DNA of 64,000 nt from the human T2T-CHM13v2.0 reference genome, Homo sapiens. Location of the stretch: NCBI RefSeq assembly GCF_009914755.1, contig NC_060931.1; one strand, 5' to 3'. The notes beneath the pieces were generated by a model. That model was not told the origin of the DNA. It saw only the letters and a list, made by a program, of their open reading frames with translations, and ran no database searches. Positions 39,365 through 55,197 of the stretch are shown one piece after another (within the stretch, counting starts at the first letter, position 1; each line of letters starts with the position of its first letter). Position numbers and translations under genes: made by a program.

Positions 39365-42200
39365 TCAGGCCAATATCCTTGAGGAATATAGATGCAAAAA
39401 TCCTCAACAAAATACTGACAAACCAAACCCAGTAGCACATTCAAAAAGCTAATCCATCACAATCAGGTATGCTTTATTCCTGGGAGGCAAATTTGGTGCA
39501 ACATATGCAAATCAATAAGTGTGAGTCATCATATAAACAGAACTAAAACCAAAAACCACACAATTAGCTCAATAGATAAGGAAAAGTCTTGCTATAACAT
39601 TCAACATCTTTCTGTAGTAAAAACCGTCAATAGCTAGGCATGTAAGGATCATACTTCAAAATAATAAGAGCCATCTATGAAAAAACTCACAGCTAACATC
39701 ATACTGAATGGGCAAAGACTAGAAGCATTCCCCTTGAAAACCAGAACAAAATAAGAATGTCCTTTATCACCACTCCTGTTCAACATAGTACTGGAAGTCC
39801 TGGCCAGATCAATCAGGCAAGAGAAATAAATAAAAGGCATCAAATAGGAAGAGAGGAAGTCAGACTATCCCTGTTTGCAGATGACACAATTCTATATGTA
39901 GACAAACCTATATTCTCTACCCAAAAGTGCTTTGATCTGAAAAAAAAAAAACCTTCAGCAAAGTTTCAGAATACAAAACCAATAAACAAAAATCAGTAGT
40001 ATTCCTATAAACCAATGACATCCACACTGAGACCAAATCAGGAACTGGATTAATTCACAATTGTCAGGAAAAGAGTGAAATATGTAGGAATACAGCTACC
40101 AAGAGAGGTGAAAGATCTCTACAATGAGAATTATAAACCACTGCTGAAAGAAATCAGAGACAATAATATAAATGGAAAAACTTTCCATGCTCATTCATAG
40201 GAAGAATCAATATTGTTAAAATGGCCATATGGCCCAAAGCAGTTTATGGATCCAATGCTATTTCTATCAAACTAAAGATGATATTATTCACAGAATTAGA
40301 AAAAAAAAACTATTTTAAAATTCATATGGAACCAAAAAAGAGCCCAAATAGCCAAGACAATGCCAAGTGAAAAGAATACAGTGGGAGGCATCATGTTAAC
40401 TGACTTCAAACTATATTACAAGGCTACAGTAATCAAAAGAGCATGGACTTGTACAAAAACAGACAAATAGAGCAATGGAACAGACTAGAGAGTTCAGAAA
40501 TATTGCTGTCCACCTATAACTAATTGATCTCTGACGAAGCCAACAAAAACCAGCAATGGGGAAAGGACTTACATTTCAATAAATGGTGCTGAAATAACTT
40601 GCTAGCCATATGCAGAAGTTTGAAATTGAACCCCTTCCTTACACCATACAAAAAAAATCAACTCAAGATGTATAAAAGACTTAAATGTAAAACTTAAAAC
40701 TGTAAAAACCCTGGAAGATAACCTAGGAAACACCATTCTGGATACAGGACTGGGCAAAGATTTCATGACAAAGGTGCCAAAAGTAATTGCAACAAAAACA
40801 AAAATTGAAAAATGATACCTAATTAAACTAAAGAACTTCTGAACAAGCACACCCTAAACTATCAATAGAGTAATTGGACAACCTACAGAAGGGAAGAAAA
40901 TATTTGCAAACTACCAGTCCCACAAATGTCTAGTATCCAGAAGCTATATGCAACAAATAGGTTCACAAGCAAAAAACAACTCCATTAGAAAGTAGGCAAA
41001 GGACATGAACAGATGTTTTTCAAAAGAAGACACACATGCAGCCAGTAAGCATATGAAAACAATGCTCAACATTATGCATCATTCAGGAAATGCAGATCAA
41101 AACCACATTGAGATACCATTTCACACCAGTCAGAATGGCTATTATCCAAGAGTCAACAGCAACAACAAAAACAAGTGCTGGTGGAGTTGCAGAGGAAAGG
41201 GAACACATACAGTGCTCATGGTAGTGTAAATTAGGGTAGCCATTGTGGAATTCAGCATGATGTTTCCTCAAAGAACCTGAAACTTGATCCAGCAATCCCA
41301 TTATTGGGTGTTATGATGGTTAATATTGAGTGTCAATTTGATTGGATTGAAGGATGCAAAGTATTGTTCCTGAGTGTGTCTATGAAAGTGTTGCCAAAGG
41401 AGATTAACATTTGAGTCAGCAGACTGGAAGAGGCAGACCCACCCTCAACCTGGGTGGGCACCATCTAGTCAACTACCAGCACAGCTGATATACAAGCAGG
41501 CAGAGAAACATGGAAGGACTAGACTGGCTAAGTCTTCTGGCCTCCATTTTTCTCCTGCGTTGGATGCTTCCTGCCTTCAAACAGCTTTTGGACTCTTGGA
41601 CCTATACCAGAGGTTTGCCAGGGGTTCTCAGGCCTTCAGCCACTAACTGAAGGTTGCACTGTTGGCTTCCCTACTTTTGAGGATTTGGGACTAGGACTGA
41701 TTTCCTTGCTCCTCAGCTTGCAGACGGCCTACTGTGGGACTTCACTTTGTGATTGTGTGAGTCAATATTCCTTAATAAACTCCCTTTCATATATGTGTCT
41801 ATCCTATTATTCCTGTCTCTCTACAGAACGCTAATACAGGTATATACCCAAAATAATATAAATTCCTCTACCACAAAGACAGATGCTCACATATGTTAAT
41901 TGCAGCACTATTTGCAACAGCAAAAACATGGAATCAACCTAAATGCCCATTAATGATAAAGTGGATAAAGAGAATGTGGTACCTATGCATCACAGAATAC
42001 TATGTAGTCATAAAAATGAACAAGATCATGTCTTTTGTAGCAACATGGCTGGAGCTGGAGGCCATTATCCTTAGCAACTATGCTTATTAACTGGGTATTA
42101 ATTAATCTGTACACCAAACTCCCATGACACACCGTTTGTCTATAAAACAAACCTACAAATGTACCCCTGAACCTAAAATAAAAATTATGATTTAAAAAAC
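39365..42200 (+). mobile_element. 5'-truncated L1 (old L1PA/L1PB) ORF2 RT to 3' end, with a 3'UTR deletion near 42075, interrupted by MLT2A
   Basis: gatgcaaaaatcctcaacaaaatac; LSLFADDTILY (RT motif); KTWNQPKCP...MSFVATWLELEAIILS; ends gtacccctgaacctaaaataaaa. Confidence 0.95.
41312..41838 (+). mobile_element. MLT2A (HERV-L) solo LTR inside L1
   Basis: t.tgatggttaatattgagtgtcaa.ttgattggattgaaggatgcaaagtattg...ctaataca; TSD ggtgt/ggtat. Confidence 0.94.
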
Positions 42201-45200
42201 TAAAAATAACAAAACTGTCAAATTCTACTTTAATTTCTTTACCTCTCACTTTTTATTACACAATTTTTTCCTGAAATTTAATATGCTTAGTATTTTTTCA
42301 GTTATGTTAGAGGAAAATAAAATGTAATTAATAAAACAATCTTGATAAAGGAATTTTTAGACATTTCTCAATTTTACAAAAGGAAATAATAACTTCAATA
42401 TTAAAATTGATTTAAAATTATAAAACAAGTTTTTATATTTAAATATTTAAAAACCTATAATTAGATTACTGATTTGTAATTAAAATTTAGTAAAACCACA
42501 ATGACCATAAAACAAAATGACAAAAATCTTTGAGCAAAGAATTACTAATCTATTTATAAACTTTTGTTTTTCATACTGTGGTATTGGATTATTGTTACTG
42601 GGTATACAATAATTTCCATTTTTTGTGTTTGCTTTTGCTTTAGCCAATGGTAATAAAATACTTGGTACTATTTGGTTGTTTTTCTTCTGTTTCGACTGAA
42701 AATATTATTATATAGAGACCTCATGTAGCCAACTAACTTAAAACATTCATTTCTCTATTTATTTCTTCTTTTATGTTGGTCTTATACCAGCATTTGAAAT
42801 GAAATTTTCTGGTTTGCTATCTTTTACAAACCATGTTTCCACCATCTACATATTATTTTACTAAGGGAAATAAGTATAGAAAATAGAAGTAAATATTTCC
42901 TTATGAACTATGATTTCTACTCTATTTATAGAGACTATATGTGAGATTTTATAGATGTCAGGGAAATGCTTGACTTAAATAGGGACTATATATTATGTGT
43001 AAATGAATTGTAAAGCCACTTTGAAGGAAATATACACATTATTAGGTTAGGTGAATAGGTAATTCAAAATGGAATTTATTTCTAATTTCAACTTTATTAA
43101 TAGATTGTTAAATAGAGGAATGTTAAAGCTAAAATGATATCAGGGATCACTTAGTTCAATCTCCGCAAATTGGAAATTTAAGAACTATAAATGTCCTAAT
43201 TTACAGAAAGCCGTACAACCAGTAAGTGACAGATGTAACATGAGACCTAGGCCTCCTGAGTTTCAGGGAAATTTAGTTTCCATTGAAATATGCTGTATTC
43301 TCAATTGTTGTTACATGCGTGTAAGGCATTGACTGTGTCTAATGCTTTATTTATAAAATGTTTAAGAAGTTTTTAGTCCTATTCAAATGTTAGTTTATTT
43401 AATTGGATTCTAGTGTAAAACGTGCGTCTAGGGACTATGACAAATTGTAGTCCTTGGAACCAGGCAAATCTACTTTATTTTGAGCTAGTTTCTAGCCAGC
43501 TGTGTACTTTTGTCAAAACTCTTAGCTTCTACTGCCACTGTACAAGACTGCTGTGGGGATTATATGTCATCTAATGTGTTTCCTGGCCTGTTTTAAGTCA
43601 TTGACAATAACAATCAGTGGCAGTGATATTGTTTGTGAAATTTTAAGATTTATTCTCAAGATTTAAGTCCATTTATAATCCATAGCAGGACAACAATTAT
43701 TTTAAATTAAATAGTATTAGAAAAATGCAGAGCAATTAAAAATAATTCATCTAGGGATTTAAGTCAAGGCTTAGGTGTAACAATAACAACACTTTCTTCC
43801 ACAAAGTAGTCTTTTTATCTGTAAACTAAACAAATGGATGACTACTGAGATTTTTATCTCAAAAAACTCATAATTCCATAAATAAGCTTAAGCATATATC
43901 ATTAAAAGAACAAAAACAGCCAGAATATTTAAAATACAGTATATGGTTTGGAAAAGTAATAATTTAAATCAGACTTTTGTATACAAAGTAAAAGATTTCA
44001 AACTAATGGTAAAATAAATCATTTTAATTTTTAAAGTTATTATACATTATTTTACTCAAGACAATTTAATTGATGGGAAAATTAAAATTGATACTGAAAA
44101 ATAAAAATCGTACCAATTATTTTAATGTATTTGCATACTTATATTTATAATAAAATCAGCAATATAATTATAATCCTTGTGATCTTGGGCATGTCACTAG
44201 TACTTTTAGGTATTAGAAAATGAAAATAACAACTGTGTTGTAGAAGCTCTAGGGAAACTGTCATCATACATGCATAATGGAAGTCTAAATTGAAATTAAA
44301 ATTTAAAACATTAAAATTTTTATTTGCCTAATACTAAACGTAAATTGGTGGATAGCAAGTTGGCCATATTTGTCTACAACATTACTAGTTAGTAGCCTTA
44401 CCTTATGTCCAAATGATAATTCTATTTCTAGAGAATTTCATGGAGGAAGAAATGAATACATATATACTAGGATAACTATCATATTTTTATTGATTATAGT
44501 AAAAAATTGGAAATAACAAACATTCAAAGTAGGAAATCTGTCAAATAATTTATGGTACATTATTATAATTAAATATAGTAACCATTTTAGAGAAATATGT
44601 TATAGCATAAAAAAATGAGGAGGAATATATTACTATATAAATGATAAAAAACTTAACCGCCAAGTTAAAAGTTGTATTAAACAATTCTATCTCTATATAT
44701 TACATGCACTTATATAATAATTTATGTGGAATACATATTGCAGTGTTCTTACAAACCATCCCTGGCATATTGGGATACAGATTATCGGTATTTTTCTGAA
44801 TTTCTTAAAAATGTGTTCATATTAATAATAACAAAAAGTTTATTACCTTTTCAATGAGTCAGGTTGGGCTAGATGTCTCCTGGGGTTTTCCTAAGCCTGA
44901 AACTCTTATGGTTTTAAACTAAATGGATCATTTCAGGCTCACTACCATGTAGTTGTTAATAAATTGATTGGCAATTTAATGGTCAAAATATGCAGACATT
45001 ATAGAATGGAAGCCAATTGTTTTATTTATAATAATACTAAATATTTATAAAAGAAATATACAAACAAACTCTCAAGCAAATTATTTTACATAAGCAGAAC
45101 TAATATTCAACTGATAGCTACCTGTGCAGTTTTAGTGCTTGTTTATGGCTGGTTCTCATTCTGATGGATAAGGGCCTGTTCAGTTCTAGTTGCTAAACAT

Positions 45201-45365
45201 TTAAAATTTTTATTTGCCTATTACTAAATGTAAATTGGTGGACAGTGATTTCAGTAACCAAATTTGAAAGGCAGGAATAAGTCTGTATATTGAGGAGGGG
45301 GAAATATATGGGGACATAATCAGTGAAAGTTCTAACTCAGTTGATTTGGAGGTATCTAAGTTACC

Positions 45366-45910
45366 TGTGGCAAATTATACTTTACAAAATGGCTGCAGAG
45401 TATTTCTTTCTAGTCCCTCCTGTTCATCAAGATCCTTTCCATTGCCCCAACAGAAGATGAAGTCCATGTCCCTTCACCTTAAACATAGGTGGGTCTTTGT
45501 GATTTCCTTGACTAAAAGGATATGGTAGAGGTAATGCAATATAACATCTGAGATTAGGTCATAAAAGGCAATACAGCTTCTTCCTGACTGTCTTGGAACA
45601 CTAACTCTTAGGATTCATCCACAATGCTGTGAAGAAGCCCAGTACAAATGCAGAGGCACAATTAGAAAGCACCTGTGGCCTCAGTTGGGTTCCAAATCAA
45701 TAGCTGGTATTAACTTGCCAGCCATGTGAATGAACTATCTTTGAATAAGATCTTTCAGACCTCAGAGCCAGCCTAAGTGATGCTACATGGACCAGAAATT
45801 AGACTATTCTGGAGTCTTGCTATAATCGCAGATTAATTAACAAAATAAATGAATGTTGTTTTCAACCACTAAGTTTTTATGGTCTGTTTCACAGCAACTA
45901 ATAACTGATA
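45366..45910 (+). mobile_element. MLT1-family MaLR LTR
   Basis: tgtggcaaattatactttacaaaatggctgca...gttgttttcaaccactaagttt...cagcaactaataactgata. Confidence 0.8.
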
Positions 45911-46285
45911 TAGGACCTTACTGGTTGTTATTTGACTTTCAATAAAAATATTTCAGTAATATATTACACAAGAAAAATGCAGAAAATTAAGCTCAACTGA
46001 ATCAAATAAGTGCAAAGGCTTTTAAATGTGTTGGCTTGAAGGCAGAAACATTTTAATCTGGCTAAAGGAAAAGAGAGACATGAAAAGCCACATCTCCATT
46101 GTTATGATACTTAATTTTTTTCATACACGGAATTGTATTAATATAGTTGTCTCACATTTACATCTCATAAATGTCCAAGTTTTTTTTTATTATATTTTCC
46201 TCTTTGTAAACCACATCATCCTTCTTTTCATCCCTTTAATTGATAAAATATTTTGTAGGCCAAGTCATAATCTAAAGATTTATTT

Positions 46286-46575
<290 letters not shown>

Positions 46576-46590
46576 AGAAGGAAAGAGGGA

Positions 46591-46626
<36 letters not shown>

Positions 46627-46663
46627 AAGAGAGAGAGAGAGAGAGAGGAAAGGAAAGGAAAGG

Positions 46664-46718
<55 letters not shown>

Positions 46719-46848
46719 GAAAAGAAAGAAAGAAAGGAAAAGAAAAGAAAGAAAGAAAAATAAGGGGAGAAAGAAGAAAAAGAAAGAAAGAAAAGAAAAG
46801 AAAGAAAGGAAGAAAGAAAGAGAGGAAGGAAGGTTGGAAGGAAGGAAG

Positions 46849-46915
<67 letters not shown>

Positions 46916-46922
46916 AAAAGAA
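46576..46922 (+). repeat. Polypurine compound microsatellite (GA)n/(GAAA)n/(GGAA)n, the expanded Alu tail
   Basis: About 345 bp almost entirely A/G. Confidence 0.97.
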
Positions 46923-47157
46923 TTTTCAGCAACCATCCAGAAACTACAGCAGATGGTAAGAGTTAAATTCCCAGGAGTTTAAAAAGCTGGGAAATCTTAT
47001 TATAAAATTTATTTATCATAGAAATCACTACTTTGTCAATATTGCTGAAGTTCGGGTCCCTTAAAGCCAAGTTTGCTCCCTGTGAACCTCTGAGCAGCAC
47101 CTGATTCTCCTGCTGCTGTGACTACTTGGCAAACAAGTTCAATACTCTGTTTATTGA

Positions 47158-47400
47158 GAGGCAGTAGAGCATGGTATTTAATGGTACAGACTTTGAAGCC
47201 AGACTAGCTGTGTTTGAAGCCCACCACAATCCATGTAACCTTGAGAACTTCATTTAACCTCTCCTTGCTGCAGTTTTTTCATCTATAAAGTGAAAATTGT
47301 ATAATAGTGTCTAACACATTGGAATAGTATTGTGCTGTTGAGGAAACTAAATAAGCTAAAGTAAGGTTCTTAAAACCGTACCTGATACTGAAGAAATACT
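47158..47400 (+). mobile_element. MIR (a second, inverted MIR at about 47830-48030)
   Basis: gaggcagtagagcatggt...cagactttgaagccagact...cagttttttcatctataaagtg. Confidence 0.8.
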
Positions 47401-49546
47401 ATCTGCCAAAGTAGTTGGAAGGCTTTCTCAAATGCTTTTTAACTTGCTGCTTTTGCTATGGAGCTTGAAAATCCAAAAATCCATATTCAGTCTTCCTTGC
47501 ATTTAGAGGCATCCATTGATTTAAAGGGGATTTCAGGAAATCACTTGCTGTCCTTATTAAAGGAACAGTTGAAGTTAGTACTGGCATTCTTTCTCCCCTC
47601 CTGTCATCTTATAAAGCTGCCACATTGGCTACAGCTGCAGCAGGGAAAAGTTGAGATAAAAGCACGACCCTAAACTCTAACATCTGTCAGATGTTAAGCC
47701 CACAGCAGCAAATACTTATGAAATAAAAAAAAATAAATCAGTATTGGAGACACAGCTAGTTCAATCACAACAAATATAATGGTACAATTGCTGCAAATAA
47801 TTCCACTCCTGTCTAAAATGCCTAGCTAGGACTTATAATACCAGGTACTCTCTATACATTTCATACATGTAATGTATAATTCTAATAGACCTGCTGGCAT
47901 GGGTATCATTATCCCAATTCAAAGGTGAGGAAATTGAGGTTTAGGGAGATTACATAAAATTACCTAAGTTGTACAGTTAGTAAATAGAGGAATAGAAATC
48001 TGAACCAAAGTCTGTAAGAGACCATGCTCTTAACAATTATGCTTTTCAGCTACACTATAGGCATAGGAAGTAACCTAGGTGCAGAGAAGGAGAGTATCTG
48101 AAATCGCTTTTATAAAATTAAATACAAAAGTGTTCAGCAATTAAGAAATAAAGACACATTTCACTTAAATTACTTTTATAGGTATCTAAATTGATCAAAT
48201 TGATCGACATTTATTCAACTTCCTATTTCTCTTTGCCCATAATAAAATAGAAAAAGAGCTATTTAAATTCTAAATTATACATTCAGTTTTTGGTGGGGAA
48301 AACTAATGGTTTGTGTCTGGAGGCATTTTCTGTATCATTTGTGAATGGGTTAGTGGTTGAAATCCACTTCCTAATTGTCATGTGTCCACCCACCACTATT
48401 GTTACAGATTTAGTGGTGATTTCAAGATCTGGTATGGTAGGAAGAGGCACTGTTTTCTAGGGCTTGGTATTTGTCCTTTCACTAAAAACAGGATAGTTAC
48501 AGATTAATTCCTTTGTAACATAATCCATTTCCATCATCACTGCTCATGTCAAACTTGCTATCCTATTTTGTGATTGACCCCACAAGATTATAAATTCTTA
48601 CCTTCAGAGGATATAACCTTTCTAAAAGTAGTCTGAAACTTGAAGAGATCTGTAAACATTTATGTAGGAATCATAACCACAATCCAAAATAAACAAACAT
48701 AGGAAACCATTGGGGTGTCTGGTGAAGTTTAGAACAATAATAAATATGCTCACTTTGCTACTAAGAGATAAAATAATAACAAAACCAACTACACACTTAA
48801 ATATGATGTTTCTTCACATGGTTATTTATTTTCCCTTCAGAAATAAATTTAACTCTTTTGTTGTTAAGATACCTAAACAGTTTTAAATCAAAAACCAAAA
48901 AAAAAACCCATCGTGAAAATGAAAATGATAATTTATACGATGTTATGCATTGTGATCTTGGGCAACAGAGGCCATAAGAATGATTTAGATCAATCTGGTT
49001 TTGTTCCTTTTGAAGAGTTAAGCATTAACATATTCCAAACACATAGACATAAATTAAAATGCAAAAGGAACACAGATTTTTGTGCATTTGTTCTACATTT
49101 TTCTCATTCCTTTTACTCATTCATCCTACAATTATTTCTATAGCCTATTATCTTATAGGAAGTAAGGGAACTGAAAAGCCACAATCAAAACTTACGTTTT
49201 CCATGGACACTTAATAATCTAAAATGAAAAATAAAATGTAACAACTAGAAAGTATAACACATAATGCTGTGTTAAATATCCTAATGGTAATACAAATAGT
49301 AGCTGCAGGGTTTCAAGGAATAGAGTTCAATGAGAAAATGAAGGCAGAGAATGAAGGATGAATATGTAGAGGATGAAGACTGAGATGGGCTTGATTTTTA
49401 TTTGATTTTGTAGGAAAAAAAATGGGGCACTTCTACTTTTAGGGAATCAACTTCTACACTTCTGAATGTCCTTCTCTCTGACGCTCGGTCCCATCCCTAT
49501 CTCAGCAGCTGTGCTTCAGAAAAAAAAAACCTTACCATAGCAGGCC

Positions 49547-49957
49547 TGTAGCAGTTACCTATAGAACGTTTTCTTGTGGGTTGGGCTTTTGGCTGGCATT
49601 GGAACATTCAACCTTCAGAAAGTCTGATCCATTGATAAAGTTGGTTTGCCCGCCTGTGTCACTGCACATCTACCTTCTTTCTGGGAGTCTGGAATTTCAT
49701 CAGCTACAGCTGATTGTTTGTGCCTATGCAACCATCCTCAAGTAAAAACCTCGAACTCCCAAACAGGGCTCCCTTGGCGTGGCCTCTCCCAAGAGGGAGA
49801 ACATAGGGAGCCTATGCACGGACCCCTCCAGATTCTGCCTGCCCTGTTTCCTTTTCTTTTAACTAACGATCCTGCTGTGCATGCTTGCGGTGTTGAAGTT
49901 CTGTGAGTCTTTCCAGTGAATCACTGTGTTTGGATGGTCCCTGGGACCTTAAAACAT
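49547..49957 (+). mobile_element. MER68-like ERVL solo LTR
   Basis: cttgtgggttgggcttttggctggcat...ttctgggagtctggaattt...ctgtgagtcttccagtgaatcact. Confidence 0.65.
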
Positions 49958-50293
49958 CAGTCTATCAGCCCCTTTCATTTTTCACAACTCTTTCCTACCT
50001 AGAATAGATGCCATACTGAATCATTTTAGTACAGCTTACTAATCACTCTAAAGTAAAAAGAGGTTACTTAAAATAACCCTACCAATATATCTCAGCTATC
50101 TTGTATGCATCTCTCTTTTGATAGCCATACCCTAGTCATCCTTAACTCTTCCTAATTTCTCAAAAAAACTGTCTTTTTTTTTTTTTTCTTATTTGGGGTC
50201 TATTAACACTGTCTGTATGATTCTTCACCAACCTCTTCTCCCCAAATACCCACTATACACACATTTGAATGGGTGGATTTGTTTCATCTCTGA

Positions 50294-50656
<363 letters not shown>

Positions 50657-52430
50657 TAACTTTAAATAGTACCTTCCCCTCTCTATTATTTGCTTATATA
50701 ACACTCTGATTATTTGTTTCTCTAGCCATTTATCAGAGTTTCTAATTATACATTCAATTTTCTTTTTCCTTTTTGTTTGTCTTTGCTATTAGTCTGTAAG
50801 TTCGATAAAGACAGAGACCACTGTAGTTTTTTAATCAATGTATACTCGGTCCCTAACCCAGTAGCCTAACAAAGAGAAGGCAATTAAAAATTATCTAATA
50901 AAATTTTTTTATTCAAATATAGGAGCTAGATGTAGCTGACATTACTTAAAGCAAAAACTCCAGGAAGGAGAAGATACTGGATAAACTAGTATACATAGAA
51001 GAAAGCACATACAATACATAGAAGAAAACACATCAGATTATTTTTTAAATGTTTGTCATTCTGATAATTTTTGGATTATGTGAATTTTACTTTTAGAAAT
51101 AAAATAGGATCTGTGCAATATACTGGGTATTCTTGGGTCAAAGAAATGGTACTTAAGTATTTACTGTAGTATTAAATAACGTGCAGGAAAGCTAAGTATA
51201 AGCTGAAAAAAGTAACAATTCTTCCCTGGAGCAATGTGTGCAAGGCTTACCTGGAACTAAAATGACCACTATCCAGTATGCTCAGGTATGTCTAAGACAC
51301 TGGGGATTTCATCAAAAAGCAAATGTATCTGTAGGCTAAGTTTAAACTGTTGCCTAAGGATAGATCTAAATGGTCTAACAAGAAAATTGATTCCAGTTTG
51401 TCATTGCCTATAAAAGCTTGAAAATCAGTTGATAATATTTATTTATGAACTTCTATAAAAATCTTCCCAGTACCATATGTTTTAATTTTAACCATTGGCC
51501 CCAAGATCATTATAAGTACCTTTATCTACAAGTCATTTCCCTCAAGGACAAGTTTCAAAAAGACCTTTGTCAGTAAAAAAGCTGATTATGGGAAATAGTT
51601 GAAATTTCAACAACTTTAATATTTATACCCCAAGACATAATAAAGTTCTGAAATAGAACTTTTGAGGTTATGTTTTCTAACAATAACAACTGTTATCAAA
51701 ATCTTTCCAAATACATAAATATATATAATCTGCTCATGTAAATCTTAATGGAATGTATTTAAAGAACAGCCTTATATGGCTCCAAAGTTCAGGTGTAAGT
51801 ATGGTCAAATTTAGCAACCTTGACTCACTTTGTGGATTTTTAGCCAAGGTAAGATAAGAAACTACATCAAGCCAATATTTAGAAAACTCTGTTTAAATAT
51901 TTTGTTTGAAACAGTTGGTTTTGCAAGGCATACCAACTGTATCGAAGGATCTTGAAAAATAGTTTTAAAATGTTGGAAGCAAGTTGCTGCCCTTCCTAAA
52001 AAAATGCTTTGAAAAGAATAATATTTATGTAATATGCACCATACATATATTAGATGATTCACTAGACACAAAGTGGGCACTCTAATACTTGCTGATTATT
52101 TAATTTACCTAACATAATCAAAAATATATTTTGGGAGGACAGAGGATGTTTTTTAGGGGAATGAAATATTGCTCCTCCATGTTTGACATTAAAAAATAAC
52201 ATCAGAACTCCAGGATATTTCATATTCATGTTGAAAAATTGGTTCAATTGTGTTCATTATAGTGACTTCTGGCAAATTCCATGTCAGTTTCTTTTCGTGA
52301 AAAATCCCTTCTACTCCTTACAAACGAATTGCACATTCAATAGAAGAAAATTACATGAAGCAAATTGTTTACCTCTTCTTTCAATGAAAGCAAAAAGAGA
52401 GGCACATAATAGGGAATCACAAATTGATTT

Positions 52431-52495
52431 TTAAAGTAGCTTCAAGGAGAGAAGACTGAATTAAAGTAGCTTAAAGGAAGGAAGACTGAATTAAA
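52431..52495 (+). repeat. 30-bp tandem duplication (ttaaagtagctt.aagga..gaagactgaa) x2
   Basis: Read directly from the sequence. Confidence 0.93.
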
Positions 52496-52959
52496 ATTGT
52501 TGCCAGCAGGTATGAAGAAACTAGTAAACTCCCGGGATGCTAGGGTGCAGTGGGGAAAACATTTCGAGGCCAAGCTCCACACATTCCAAATTCAACTACC
52601 CAATTTCTAACTGAGTGTTCTTTAATTCCCAACCCCTTGGACCCTAGTTTCTTCCTCCATAAAGTTAGATAATCCTACATGTGTAAAAATGTTCCCAGAA
52701 ATATATATATATAAGATAAAATAGAGGGTTTCATACACTCATCAATTTTTACTCCGAGTGTATCAGAGCTCAGTTTTATCTATTGCTTCTTATTTCTTAT
52801 TTCTTCTTATTATTATGATTTGAGATGGGAGTCTTTCTATGTTGCCCAGACTGGAAGGAGTGACTCAATATACAATGTTCTCACCATCACAATGAAATAC
52901 CTGACCCCTTCCTTTTTATGAAAAGGGCTAGAAAGTCAGTTACAAAGGAGTGACTGGAT

Positions 52960-53033
52960 TTATAGTAGTCTCACCATAACAGTGATAACTATATGGAGTA
53001 ATGCATGTGTCAATTAGCCTGATCCAGTCATTC

Positions 53034-53075
<42 letters not shown>

Positions 53076-53345
53076 GAATTGAAGTATATATATATGAATT
53101 GAAGTATATATATATATATTTCAATACATTGTGTTCTACATGATGAATATATACAATTTTATCCTTTTTTCTTTTTCTTTTTTAAACAGATGGGGTCTCA
53201 CTATGTTGCCTGGAATGGACTCACACTGTTGAGCTCAAGCTATCCTCCTGCCTCAGCCTCCCTAGTAGCTGGACCTACAGGCACATACCACAACACCTGG
53301 CCCTATTTTATCTTTTAACTTAAAAATAAATACAAATTTTAAAAA
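52960..53345 (+). mobile_element. L1MA 3' end fragment containing a (CT)n(TA)n microsatellite and a minus-strand FLAM (53165-53302)
   Basis: tctcacca..gtgataactatatggag..atgtgtcaattagcctgat; FLAM with attttatc TSD. Confidence 0.75.
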
Positions 53346-53489
53346 AGGAGTTAGAAAAACATAGTAAACATAGCTGTATTTAAACTATATATAATGTAAT
53401 TATTATTTTAACATAATGCTTGGCATATTTAAATGAATGTAACTAATTAGTGAACCTTAGGCTAATTTCTCTTAACTATCAAATTGTGT

Positions 53490-54410
53490 ATCTACCCTCT
53501 CAGTAACCCCACATGAATATATGAAGGATATCTCTAAGTTAATATGGTCAAAACTGAAACCCCAAACATGGTCTCCCTGACTCTTCCTTATTTCAGTAAA
53601 AAGCATCATCGTCTATATATTTGCTAAAGCCAAAGTACAAGAGATCGTCTTTTTTTTCTTATCTCCTCTCAGCTTCAGCAAACTAACCTCAAAATCCAAA
53701 CAAGTATCATCAAACTCACCCACAAAATATATCCCTGAATCTGTTTATTATACTTCAGCTCCTTTAACAATCTCCAAAGCCATCATAATTTCACCCTAGT
53801 TTCGCCACCCTAATTCCATTACGTGTCATTATTTTTTTCTAGTTTACCAAAGAAACCACCAAACAGATATGTTTACTGTCAATCCATTCTCCACAGGAAA
53901 GTCTGAGTGATATTTTAAAAAGAAAAAAAGTCATGACAATCACCTACTTAAATATCTCCAGTGGTTTTTCTCAGTGTTTAAAATACAATCCAGATATTTT
54001 ATGTGTGGAAATCTCTACCAGATCTGTCCCCAGCCTACCTTGTCAGTGTCAACTCATATCACAAGAACACTGATCATCTAACTGTTCCTCAGACAGGTAA
54101 AGCCTTCTAAAATTTCAGGTTCTTTGCAAGAGATTTTGGTATATCTCAAAAGCATCCTTCTTGTTTTTCAAAAAACTGTTTTTCTTTTGGCATTCAGTCC
54201 AAGGGTAAACGATACCTCTTTTTGTTGAGCTTTGTTTGAACTGACCATGTAGAGAAATCAATCTGAGTTTGGATTATCTGCCTGGCATTTTTCATATTAG
54301 GTTAATAATCTGTGGTCTGTTCTTTGCCTGCTAGCCCTAGATTGCAAGCTCAATGGGCAATAGTAAATAATAAATCAATAAATATTGAATAAATAAATGG
54401 ATGAAGAAGA
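53490..54410 (+). mobile_element. L2 fragments
   Basis: aatatggtcaaaactgaa; caatccattctccacag; ctagattgcaagctc...aataaatattgaataaataaatg. Confidence 0.7.
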
Positions 54411-54469
54411 AACTGATAAATGCTTGGCTTATTCTATCTGTCTTTCTTTTTTTTTTTTTTTTTGATGGT

Positions 54470-55197
<728 letters not shown>

